Below the pieces are notes generated by a model. The model saw only the letters and a list, made by a program, of their open reading frames with translations. It was not told the DNA's origin and made no database searches. Below are positions 48,585-57,113 of a stretch of 64,000 nt of DNA, one piece after another. Numbering within the stretch: the stretch's first letter is position 1; the number at the start of each line of letters is the position of its first letter. Made by a program: the position numbers and the translations under genes. The stretch covers positions 8,958-72,957 of the forward strand of contig LCCV01000001.1 of assembly GCA_000998135.1 (NCBI GenBank), written 5' to 3'. This stretch comes from Parcubacteria group bacterium GW2011_GWA2_42_14. Lineage in GTDB: Bacteria; Patescibacteriota; Minisyncoccia; Sungbacterales; GWA2-42-14.

Positions 48585-48687
48585 ATTGACAATACCATTT
48601 TTATTCTATATTTGTCAAATTGACTTAAATTAACTTAGGTTTTAACATGTTTTTATAATTGCTCTTTAAAATCTAAAAGAGGGGGCC

Positions 48688-49122
48688 ATGAAAATCCTTG
48701 TTTTTTTCCTGCTTATTTCAATTAATCTTCTGTCCCCCATACAACTATTCGCCGAAAATTATCCTTCCAAAATTCAAGAGTTAATTGAAAAAGCAGATCA
48801 AAAAGTGGTTTGCGAAACGGAAAAACCACGCAGAGTTGGAACGATTTTTTACAGAAAAACCAAAAAGGATTGGCTGGTACGTATTTTTACCAAAGACGGC
48901 CAAGAGTTAGAAATCTGGCAAAACGATAACGAACACTGGCTTACCGGATATTACAGTCCGGATAAAGTTTTTTATAATGTACCTGGTCGCGGGTGGATAA
49001 ACCAAAGAAATGTTCCCCCCGATGATGCGGAAAAATTTGATAAACGGCTTAAATTTACGCGCGACGAACTCAAATTTTTCAAGTCATGCCTCGAAGAAAA
49101 AAATAAGGGAATAAAAAAATGA
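48688..49122 (+). CDS. secreted hypothetical protein
   Basis: signal peptide; TTGACT(48620)-17-TAACAT promoter. Confidence 0.65.
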   Translation: MKILVFFLLISINLLSPIQLFAENYPSKIQELIEKADQKVVCETEKPRRVGTIFYRKTKKDWLVRIFTKDGQELEIWQNDNEHWLTGYYSPDKVFYNVPGRGWINQRNVPPDDAEKFDKRLKFTRDELKFFKSCLEEKNKGIKK

Positions 49123-49541
49123 AAATTAGGGGTATTATCTTTATTAGCATACTGCTCTTAACGGGTTGTGCTTCTTTCAAACCCCCATGGCCCCTTGATT
49201 CATACCAAACAGTTAAAACGTGCGAAACAAAAAATTTAAAACTCACGTTCCTGATTAAGGGAGCAGACGCAAGTTCGGCTGATGATATATTCATACGCGA
49301 ACTTATTATCAAGGCAAAACTTCGCCATGAAGAATACGGAAAAATTCAAATATGGCTTTATTACCCAAAAATGAGCGCGCCGGAAGTTCGCACTCTTCCG
49401 GAATATCCGCCGGAAAAAATCTATGTACAAATGGAATTCGGAGAAAAGAGAGGAAAAACAAAAAATTTCCTGAAAATCTGGAAACAATTCTTAACCGCCG
49501 ACCGCCTTACGTTTATTGAAAACTGCGTTTATGAATTCTAA
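49119..49541 (+). CDS. putative lipoprotein
   Basis: lipobox LTGC; ATGA overlap with previous gene. Confidence 0.65.
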   Translation: MKIRGIIFISILLLTGCASFKPPWPLDSYQTVKTCETKNLKLTFLIKGADASSADDIFIRELIIKAKLRHEEYGKIQIWLYYPKMSAPEVRTLPEYPPEKIYVQMEFGEKRGKTKNFLKIWKQFLTADRLTFIENCVYEF

Positions 49542-49554
49542 AAGGAGGAATGTA

Positions 49555-49953
49555 ATGCGACAAATTCTTTTTCCCCGCGATATTTTCCTGGTCGGAAAAA
49601 GAACGATATGCAAACTTGATAAAAAGGGGCTTCTGATAAATATAGAGCTTTACTTTGAAAAATCGGATTTATTCTTCCACGGCCAGTTTATAGGAGAGCG
49701 TGTTATAATGGCATCAGAAGATAAAACTATGTTTTTGGGAATTTCCAAAATTATATCTCCCGAAGGATATAAGACCCATTACCGGGAATACGAAGACGGC
49801 AAATTTAAAGCGATTTCGGAGGAAAGCGCGGAAAAAATAATCAGAACATTTGAAAAAGAATTTCAGGAAAAATATGAAATTATAATTACCGGCGAAGAAA
49901 CCGATGAGCTTATTTGTCAAAAAATAGATTCTGCCAAATGGCAATATTTTTAA
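49555..49953 (+). CDS. hypothetical protein
   Basis: SD AGGAGG before MRQIL; terminator ~49955-49985. Confidence 0.6.
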   Translation: MRQILFPRDIFLVGKRTICKLDKKGLLINIELYFEKSDLFFHGQFIGERVIMASEDKTMFLGISKIISPEGYKTHYREYEDGKFKAISEESAEKIIRTFEKEFQEKYEIIITGEETDELICQKIDSAKWQYF

Positions 49954-49993
49954 AAAACGGCTTCTTTTAAGCCGCTTTTTTGTTTCAAAATCA

Positions 49994-50671
49994 TCAGCGC
50001 CTTTTCAAACGGCTCGCCGTTCTTGCGCTTCTTTCCCGGACAACGCTTGAATACACGATTTTTCCGCGTTCAAAAACATGAAAATCTCCCGTTTCCTCGG
50101 AAAGGGTATAAACAGCAGTATTTTTAAAAATATAAGACGCGCTAATCGCGGAAAGGTGCCGGGCATGCACTTTCGTTTTAAAACCGAAGACTGCTGAAAG
50201 ATCGGATTTATGGTTGTGTCCCGGATAAAGTTTTTCAGCAATTGTTTTAGGGCGAAGCCCTTCAATATAAACGCCGGAATCAACAATAACGCCATGCTTG
50301 TCAATTAAAATTGCTCCGTCAAATTTAATCAGTTTGGCAATATGGCGCGACATAAATCTGTCTTCGCTTAAATCCTGAAGTTCTTTTTTATGGAATTCAA
50401 AAACGCGAACATGATGATTTTTAAAAATATTCTGGGTTATATCGGGCGTATCGGCAAAATCCTTCCATTTCTGCCGCCAGCCAAAAATGATAAAAATACC
50501 GAATTTTTTATGGAACCGCTTTTTTAATCGGATAACGAATTCCGCTATCCTAAGTTTATAAAAAAGCGGCAGGTCTATTTTTGACCCAATAAAAGATTTT
50601 TCGATTTTTTTAATCGCATTCCCGACTGAACGGTCTTTTTTAATTTTTTGATACCACTCTTGAGAAAACAT
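49994..50671 (-). CDS. DisA_N/diadenylate-cyclase domain protein
   Basis: FDGAILI, ARHLSA (RHR-like), LSEETG. Confidence 0.75.
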   Translation of the reverse strand: MFSQEWYQKIKKDRSVGNAIKKIEKSFIGSKIDLPLFYKLRIAEFVIRLKKRFHKKFGIFIIFGWRQKWKDFADTPDITQNIFKNHHVRVFEFHKKELQDLSEDRFMSRHIAKLIKFDGAILIDKHGVIVDSGVYIEGLRPKTIAEKLYPGHNHKSDLSAVFGFKTKVHARHLSAISASYIFKNTAVYTLSEETGDFHVFERGKIVYSSVVRERSARTASRLKRR

Positions 50672-50695
50672 AAATATATAAATTTATTGAACTAA

Positions 50696-52534
50696 TTATT
50701 TCAAAAACTTCAGCATTTTTTCAAGAGACCATCCGTTGATAATATCCTTACGTTCCGCCCATCCTCTTCTGGCTTGCGCAATTCCAAACTCCAACATTTT
50801 AAAATGCTGAATTGAATGCGCATCAGAATCAATTGACATTTTTACTCCTGCCCTAACGCATTTTCTAATATATTCATCTTTTATATCGGCGCGATTAGGA
50901 TACGCGTTGACTTCCAAAATGGTTCCGGTACGTTTCGCGGCCGCGATAATTTCATCAATATCCAACTCAATCGGCTCGCGTTTATTGATAAGACGACCGG
51001 TAAGATGAAAAATAATATCAACATTCGTATTTTCCATGGCGCGGATAATGCGTTTGGTTTGTTCTTGGCGCGAAAGGTTAAAATGACTATGAACGGCCGC
51101 GCCAACAACATCCAATTTTGCCAAAACCTCGTCTTTGATGTCCAGCTCACCGTTTTTCCCAATATTTACTTCCGCTCCCTTTAATATTTTGAATTTGGAA
51201 TTTGGAATTTGTTTGGAATTTAGCTTGTCTATATATGCCATTTGTTTCAAAAGTTTCTTCTCGTCCGAACCGCCGGTCATGGCAAGGGAACGGGTATGGT
51301 CCGTAATCACAATATATTGAAGTCCGGCTTCCATAGCCGCTTTGGCCATTTCTTCAATAGAATTTTCTCCGTCGGTCCAATCGGTTTGAACTTGCATATC
51401 GCCTTTTAAATCGCCATATTTGATTAAATCCGGTAGCAAGGGCCCGACCCGTGCGCGACCAAGGTCGGACCTTGCATGTATAACGAGTTTACCCTGAGCA
51501 TGTCGAAGGGCCGCTTCAATTTCTCCTGTATTTTCACGCATTTCCGGCTCGATATAACTAAGTCCAAGGGCCTTATATAATTCTTCCTCGGTTTTTCCGG
51601 CAACCAATATCTCCGCTGAACCACGCAGACCGTTTCCGCGACTGTCTGCGTCCTGTCCGCGTGAGTCCGCGCTTCGAAAGAGACCATATTCATTAAGCTT
51701 CCACCCTTTCTTAATCGCAATTTGCCGCAAAGCGACATTATGGTCTTTTGAGCCGGTAAAATAATTAAGGGCCGCGCCGAATGATTCCTTTGGCACGACG
51801 CGCAAATCCGCATCAAGACCATTTTTTAATTTCACGGCTGTTTTGGTTTTGCCGTGCGCGTAAACATGGGCAATAAAAAGCAAACCCAGAAATCTCTCCA
51901 TTACTATTTCCGGCTTTGATGACGTAACCAAAATATCAATATCACCAATGGTTTCTTTGCTCCTCCTAACTGAACCGGCCACAACCGCCTTTTCAACTTC
52001 GGGAAACGACTGAATCATTTTTTCAAGCGTACGAATTTCCGGCAAAATAAATCCCAAAACAGCTCTTCCGCCGGATTTTTTCAAAAATTCAATTCCTTTT
52101 AAAATTTTTTGCTCTGATTTATCTCCAAAGTGTTCAAGTTTCCGGATTTTCCCGGCTTTAGCCGCTTTTTCCAAATCCGCCAAGTTGCGAATTCTTAATT
52201 TCTGCCATAGTGTTTTTACCATTCTGGGCCCAACGCCTTCCACCGCAGTCAATTCAGAAATATTCACCGGAATTTTTTTCTTCAATTTTTCATATTCGTC
52301 AAAATTTCCTTTTTCCAAAAGCTGTTTGATATGAAAAGCAATTCCTTTTCCCACGCCGGGAATTTCCAAAAGAGCTTTTTCTCCTCCTTCTTTATAAATT
52401 TCTTTTACTTCTTGAGCAAGCGATTCAACACCCAATGCCGCCTTCTCATAAGCGCGCGGTTTAAATAAAACTCCTTCCATTTCGTACAATACAGCCATCT
52501 CATTTAATATTTTAGCAATCTCACTATTGGTCAT
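50696..52534 (-). CDS. polX: DNA polymerase X / PHP
   Basis: AGSVRR-KETIGDIDIL, ADLR, YFTGSKDHN, ITDH, DSDAH. Confidence 0.94.
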   Translation of the reverse strand: MTNSEIAKILNEMAVLYEMEGVLFKPRAYEKAALGVESLAQEVKEIYKEGGEKALLEIPGVGKGIAFHIKQLLEKGNFDEYEKLKKKIPVNISELTAVEGVGPRMVKTLWQKLRIRNLADLEKAAKAGKIRKLEHFGDKSEQKILKGIEFLKKSGGRAVLGFILPEIRTLEKMIQSFPEVEKAVVAGSVRRSKETIGDIDILVTSSKPEIVMERFLGLLFIAHVYAHGKTKTAVKLKNGLDADLRVVPKESFGAALNYFTGSKDHNVALRQIAIKKGWKLNEYGLFRSADSRGQDADSRGNGLRGSAEILVAGKTEEELYKALGLSYIEPEMRENTGEIEAALRHAQGKLVIHARSDLGRARVGPLLPDLIKYGDLKGDMQVQTDWTDGENSIEEMAKAAMEAGLQYIVITDHTRSLAMTGGSDEKKLLKQMAYIDKLNSKQIPNSKFKILKGAEVNIGKNGELDIKDEVLAKLDVVGAAVHSHFNLSRQEQTKRIIRAMENTNVDIIFHLTGRLINKREPIELDIDEIIAAAKRTGTILEVNAYPNRADIKDEYIRKCVRAGVKMSIDSDAHSIQHFKMLEFGIAQARRGWAERKDIINGWSLEKMLKFLK

Positions 52535-52736
52535 ATGAATTTAGAAGCGAATAGACGCAGATACGTTGTTAGCTGGGAGCTGACAACGCAGATATACGCG
52601 GATACCCTTTACTGTTCGAGTGAAATCGGGAACGTTACAATAACGTAGCTTCTCGACCCGGCTCGAAGAATAAAATTAATATCAAAGCTTTTTATTTCTT
52701 CATTACTATCGTACCAAAAAGAAAAAGGGCCGCCTA

Positions 52737-52764
52737 TTGACAAATTCTGTGGATTTGGTATAAT
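52737..52764 (+). promoter_or_regulatory. sigma70-type promoter facing the structured non-coding locus
   Basis: TTGACA-16-TATAAT with TG extension. Confidence 0.75.
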
Positions 52765-52770
52765 TAAAGT

Positions 52771-52950
52771 AATCTAGAATGGTGCTGGGAAGCACTAAAA
52801 CGCTGGAGGGGATCGAGGCCCGTATGGGCTTCGGCAAGGGAAAAAAACCCGGCAATTGCGTCAGGAAGAAACATTACCCTTGTGAGGGCGGATAGTGGCG
52901 GATTCCCCGGCAGAAATGCCGCAGAAACCACAATTCCAACATCCTATTTT
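52771..52950 (+). ncRNA. candidate structured RNA, module A
   Basis: stems GGTGCT-GGGA-AGCACT, CGAGGCCC-GTAT-GGGCTTCG, CCCT-TGTG-AGGG, CGGCA-GAAA-TGCCG. Confidence 0.6.
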
Positions 52951-53019
52951 TGCCTCCCATTTTTCTTGACAAAAAATCCTGTATAGACTACATATTAAAG
53001 TCCAACCTTAAAAACATAA

Positions 53020-53498
53020 AAAACAGGCCGTTTGGCGAAAAAAGCCCATAATTCCTACATTAAGCAACACTCAGTGTTGCTAAGGGGTGTCGGCTGGCCA
53101 AAGACGCCGCTCCCACAAAAGAAGTATTTTTATCGTCAAAAAAAGCTCGTAATAATACCCTGAAGATCTAGGATTGAAGCATTCACAAATTCATATTTGT
53201 TAGAGAATAGCAGAAATTTACGGGTTTTTTCCGCCGATAAAAGGCGAAAAGTTTACCGCAGTTCAAAATACACCGACGGGTGTAGGGTGCTCGGAATGCC
53301 CGTGGCATCCCTGCGGTTCTGCTTAGCAGCCAAACCGGCTGCAAACAAAAACTTGGGCTAGGCGGGAAGGTCGCACCAGGAACACAAGCGTAAAGGTACC
53401 AGCCCGCCGAAAGGATCGGAAGTAGGTCTGCCCAAGCGGGGCCGGGAGATATTAGGACAGAAATAAAGTCAAAAATCTCCCGGCTCCACCCTTTTTTT
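53020..53498 (+). ncRNA. candidate structured RNA, module B
   Basis: nested helices 53209/53323, 53256/53316, 53352/53436, 53361/53408; terminator-like 53441-53498. Confidence 0.6.
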
Positions 53499-53585
53499 AA
53501 AAATTAAAAATAAAAAATCGGCTGTTGATTAATGGATAACTCGTTACATGTTTCATGTCACATGTTTCAGGAAAATCTATTAATC

Positions 53586-54336
53586 AGCCGCCGATACCAG
53601 CCCTAACTCCACTAAAGCGCAATGCGCTGGAAGGACTGGTCAAAACGGTGGCTCAAAATACAATACTGCGGCTGTTGCTTGACTGCGCGCGAAAGCGAAG
53701 CAGAAAGGCGATAGAAGAGGTAGCCCCTCTTACCGGCCGGCCTTGGATTATTGGCCGGTTCCGCAAAAAAATCGCAAACTGGGCCTTGAGTTTCGCGGCG
53801 AAATTTAACGCGAAGTACGAGGGGACGCTCCTCACTCGCCGCGCAACTGACAAACGGACCCCAACAAGAAGGGTTCGGGCCAAACTACAAACAGCTTCTT
53901 GGTGGGAATGTGGAGCGTCCTGTACAGGTGTTCGCAAACGAACAAACCGCCTGAAAAGACCGGTCCTGTACACCCAGCAACCCTCCACCAAGAACCATCT
54001 TCGGCGCCGCTTACCGCGGACGCCGAAGGACTCGCCAACCAAGGCGGGTCATTTCAACCCCTCGACGCCAGACCGAGACCGAGAAGGCTTATAAAATCGG
54101 CGTCGAGCATCGCCGTACCCGGAAAACGGGAAGCGGCAGCGCAGGGACGAATCCGCAAGGGTACGGAGCACACACCAGCACCAGCCGCTCCACCCAATTC
54201 GGGCCCGCGCAACCAACCCGCCCGACCGATTACAAATCAGTTTAGGGCGGGTCCCAAAAAAAACCGTCCCTCCCGCTTGCGGGAGGGACGACAAAATAAT
54301 TCAAGAAGCCTTGTCTCGCGACAAGGCCTGTTTTTT
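53586..54336 (+). ncRNA. candidate large structured RNA, module C (~750 nt)
   Basis: more than 15 helices with A/C-rich linkers, GNRA loops, potential 9-bp pseudoknot, terminator 54308-54336. Confidence 0.7.
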
Positions 54337-54358
54337 ATTTATTTGTTTCAATATGAGG

Positions 54359-55021
54359 TTAAATCTGCTTTTGGCCGTAAAATTGGGCAAGGTCATGCGG
54401 AACTTTTGGTTTAATATAAGGCCTCAAAAAAATAAGTATTATTAATCCGATAAGGCTGAAAGTTCCGCTGACAAAAAAAATCGGGCGAATCCCGACAATG
54501 GCCGCAAGAATTCCGGAAAACAAACTTCCCAAAGCAGTTCCTGCTCCAATGGAAAAACTTGACCAAAGCGACCATTCAAATGCTTCCTTGTCTTTATCCA
54601 AATGGCGTGAAAACATTCCAAAAAAAGGCGGAACATACAGCGCGTACCCGACCGCTAACAAAATTTGAAGAAAATAAATTTGCCAGACCGAGCCGACAAA
54701 ATAATACATAAATTGCACAACCATAATAACGGCAAGGCCTATAAGCATTGAATAATAATCATCAATTTCTCCGTGGTTTTTATCAAGCTGGCGGGCAACC
54801 GGCAGCTGCACTATTGATTTTACCGCCCAAAAAATTGCCACGGCAATTCCCACGACGGTTACCGGCGCCAAAATATCATTCACGATAAACAGCGCAAAGA
54901 GAGGCGTAATGAAAGCCGTTGAAGCCCCAATGACAAATTCGGCAAAAATAATAATCAAAATAACCTGATTTATTTGGGGAAATGAAAATTTTGGAAAATT
55001 TACGTTAAATATAAATTTCAT
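54359..55021 (-). CDS. half-size MFS-like membrane protein
   Basis: six TM helices; extension to 55072 (MPSTGSG) derives from a REP-like repeat. Confidence 0.75.
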   Translation of the reverse strand: MKFIFNVNFPKFSFPQINQVILIIIFAEFVIGASTAFITPLFALFIVNDILAPVTVVGIAVAIFWAVKSIVQLPVARQLDKNHGEIDDYYSMLIGLAVIMVVQFMYYFVGSVWQIYFLQILLAVGYALYVPPFFGMFSRHLDKDKEAFEWSLWSSFSIGAGTALGSLFSGILAAIVGIRPIFFVSGTFSLIGLIILIFLRPYIKPKVPHDLAQFYGQKQI

Positions 55022-55246
55022 GTTTTTATTGAAACTATCAAATAATTTATTGCCCGAGCCTGTCGAAGGCATACCTTAAGAATCTATAGAATAATGTAAC
55101 CCTTCGACTTCGCTCGGCTTCGCTCAGGGAATAATTCAACACTCTTATTTATTATAGCAAAAAATCAAAAGCCCCGCTATAAGCGGAGCTTTTGGCTTAA
55201 AAATATCTGTGTTAATCCGCGTTATTATCAGTGTTTATCCGCGTTT

Positions 55247-56422
55247 CTATTGAACAGCGAGATTCGCCCTTACTCTTCCCCAGCCGTAATCATTGTCTTT
55301 TCCTGACTTTCCCAAATCCTTGGCCGTAGAAAGCAAAGCATTTTGCACTTGAGCTACTGTCAAAGTCGGATGTGCGGATTTAACTAAGGCCACAGTTCCC
55401 GAAACAACTGGTGTAGCCATGCTTGTTCCGCTCCAAGAAGCATAGCTTGAACCGAGTGTTGAAGAATAAATGGTAACTCCCGGCGCGGAAATATCAACCG
55501 CACTCCCCCTTCCAGAAAAACTGGCGACCTTATCAAAGTCATTAACAGCGCCAACCGTAGTTGAATAACTTATACATCCTGGAATGGAAACTCCTGCCCT
55601 GCCGCTGTTTCCGGCAGCCACCACAACCAAAACTCCGTGGTCAACGGCATATTTAATCGCCGCAGTTAAAGAAGGCAGTACACTATCACAAAATCCTTTA
55701 TAAACATAGGGCTTTCCTGTTCCAAGACTCAAACTAATGGCATCAACAACAACATCATCGCTAGTACCTGCCAAACCATCTGCTCCTTTAGTAGCCACAT
55801 CAACCGCCCAATAAATCGCTTCTTCCACATCGCTGAAATATCCCGAACCGGCGGCATCAAGAACTTTTCCGGCAATTACTCCTGCATCGGGCGCTACGCC
55901 CTTGGCAGTTGCATTTACCCCATCAGCAGTAATAATTCCCGCAACATGACTGCCGTGCCCATTATCGTCTGCCGGGTCATCATCATTATTTACAAAATCT
56001 TTTCCTCCGAGGTAGCTTGAAGAAAGTTCCGGATGACCGTAGTTATAACCGGTATCCAAAACAACAACTTTTCTACCGCTACCCGTGTTTCCATTGGTTT
56101 GAACCGCATTGGCTCCAATCTGGGCATTGGCCGTAGAATCCTGCGCAAAAACCCTTATATCTTCCTGAAGTCCAAGTTGTGTTCCTATATTAGGGTCGCA
56201 ACTTAACACGGTAAGCGCCTTTCCGCTTTCTTTAACTTTCTTACATCCCATAGCAATTCCTTGAGCTGCCCGTTCCGGAAGTTCTGTTACAAAGCGCGCT
56301 TTTGGGCCTTTATCCGGCGAAGCAAGAGTTATTTGATACAGACCCCATAGCAAAAGGGCTCCTATTAATACAAAAATAAATGAATAAAATAATGCTTTTT
56401 GCTTATTGAGCGTATTTATCAT
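55247..56422 (-). CDS. subtilisin-like S8 serine protease
   Basis: VLDTG, HGSHVAG, AAGNSG, GTSMATP. Confidence 0.93.
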   Translation of the reverse strand: MINTLNKQKALFYSFIFVLIGALLLWGLYQITLASPDKGPKARFVTELPERAAQGIAMGCKKVKESGKALTVLSCDPNIGTQLGLQEDIRVFAQDSTANAQIGANAVQTNGNTGSGRKVVVLDTGYNYGHPELSSSYLGGKDFVNNDDDPADDNGHGSHVAGIITADGVNATAKGVAPDAGVIAGKVLDAAGSGYFSDVEEAIYWAVDVATKGADGLAGTSDDVVVDAISLSLGTGKPYVYKGFCDSVLPSLTAAIKYAVDHGVLVVVAAGNSGRAGVSIPGCISYSTTVGAVNDFDKVASFSGRGSAVDISAPGVTIYSSTLGSSYASWSGTSMATPVVSGTVALVKSAHPTLTVAQVQNALLSTAKDLGKSGKDNDYGWGRVRANLAVQ

Positions 56423-56555
56423 AAATTTTGTTAAAAAGTTGCTGTTTTGCCAAGAAAAATGGATTATTTATAAGCTAAATTTCCTTTGCAAAAAGCTGTT
56501 TTAGATTATGTTTTAATTATACTATAAAATTTATTAAAAGTCAATAGTTCAGGCG

Positions 56556-56681
56556 TTATGCTGCTTTCCTCAATCGGGTATCAAAAATCGCCAAAACATA
56601 GGCACAAACAACGGCAATGATTCCCGCGATGGCAACACTAAATAATATGTCCGCAAAAAGGTTAAAAATACCTGAACACAT
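56556..56681 (-). CDS. possible 41-aa membrane peptide
   Basis: MCSGIFNLFADILFSVAIAGIIAVVCAYVLAIFDTRLRKAA, starts 4 nt after the upstream stop. Confidence 0.35.
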   Translation of the reverse strand: MCSGIFNLFADILFSVAIAGIIAVVCAYVLAIFDTRLRKAA

Positions 56682-56685
56682 AAAA

Positions 56686-56883
56686 TTATAAAGCCGAATC
56701 TATTTCGTCTTTAATGATGTGGAGCTGATTGCGAATTGCTTCATCTATTCGAGCCCTATCTAATCCGCCAAGAAAACGAGAAAATTCTATTAGTTTATCC
56801 AATGTTTCTGTGTTTTTCTCTTTCTCCCTTGCCTCCTGTCTTATATTGTATGGTGGTTTCGGCCCGCCTTCCATAAAACCCAT
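56686..56883 (-). CDS. small hypothetical protein
   Basis: 65-aa ORF. Confidence 0.5.
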   Translation of the reverse strand: MGFMEGGPKPPYNIRQEAREKEKNTETLDKLIEFSRFLGGLDRARIDEAIRNQLHIIKDEIDSAL

Positions 56884-56907
56884 AGATTTATAAAATTAGC
56901 CTAATAC

Positions 56908-57037
56908 GGGGCTGTCCCAAAACTGTCATTCCGAATTTTGTAAAGAATCTCAATTATTTAGAAACGGCTTAAATACAAGATTCTTCGCTTCGCTCAGAAT
57001 GACGAAAATACTGTTTTCGTAGTTTTGGGACAGCCCC
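56908..57037. mobile_element. MITE with perfect 17-bp inverted ends
   Basis: GGGGCTGTCCCAAAACT...AGTTTTGGGACAGCCCC; AATAC direct repeat at 56903-56907 and 57038-57042. Confidence 0.8.
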
Positions 57038-57113
57038 AATACATAGGTTCTTTATAAAGCTTAACACCAATCCAAATTATAGTTTAATTAAAAAATAATG
57101 CAAGCGGAGTTAT

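Noticed and set aside
53159-53185. hammerhead-like CTGAAGA
   Set aside because: no correctly placed stem II and GAAA
53820-54095. RNase P RNA interpretation (GGCTTATA at ~54086)
   Set aside because: no GAGGAAAGTCC-like 5' region or matching P4; a very divergent form cannot be excluded without cmscan
53555-54414. overlapping ORFs on both strands (179, 129, 171 aa and shorter)
   Set aside because: Arg/Pro/Ala-biased with no motifs; expected by-product of GC-rich paired sequence
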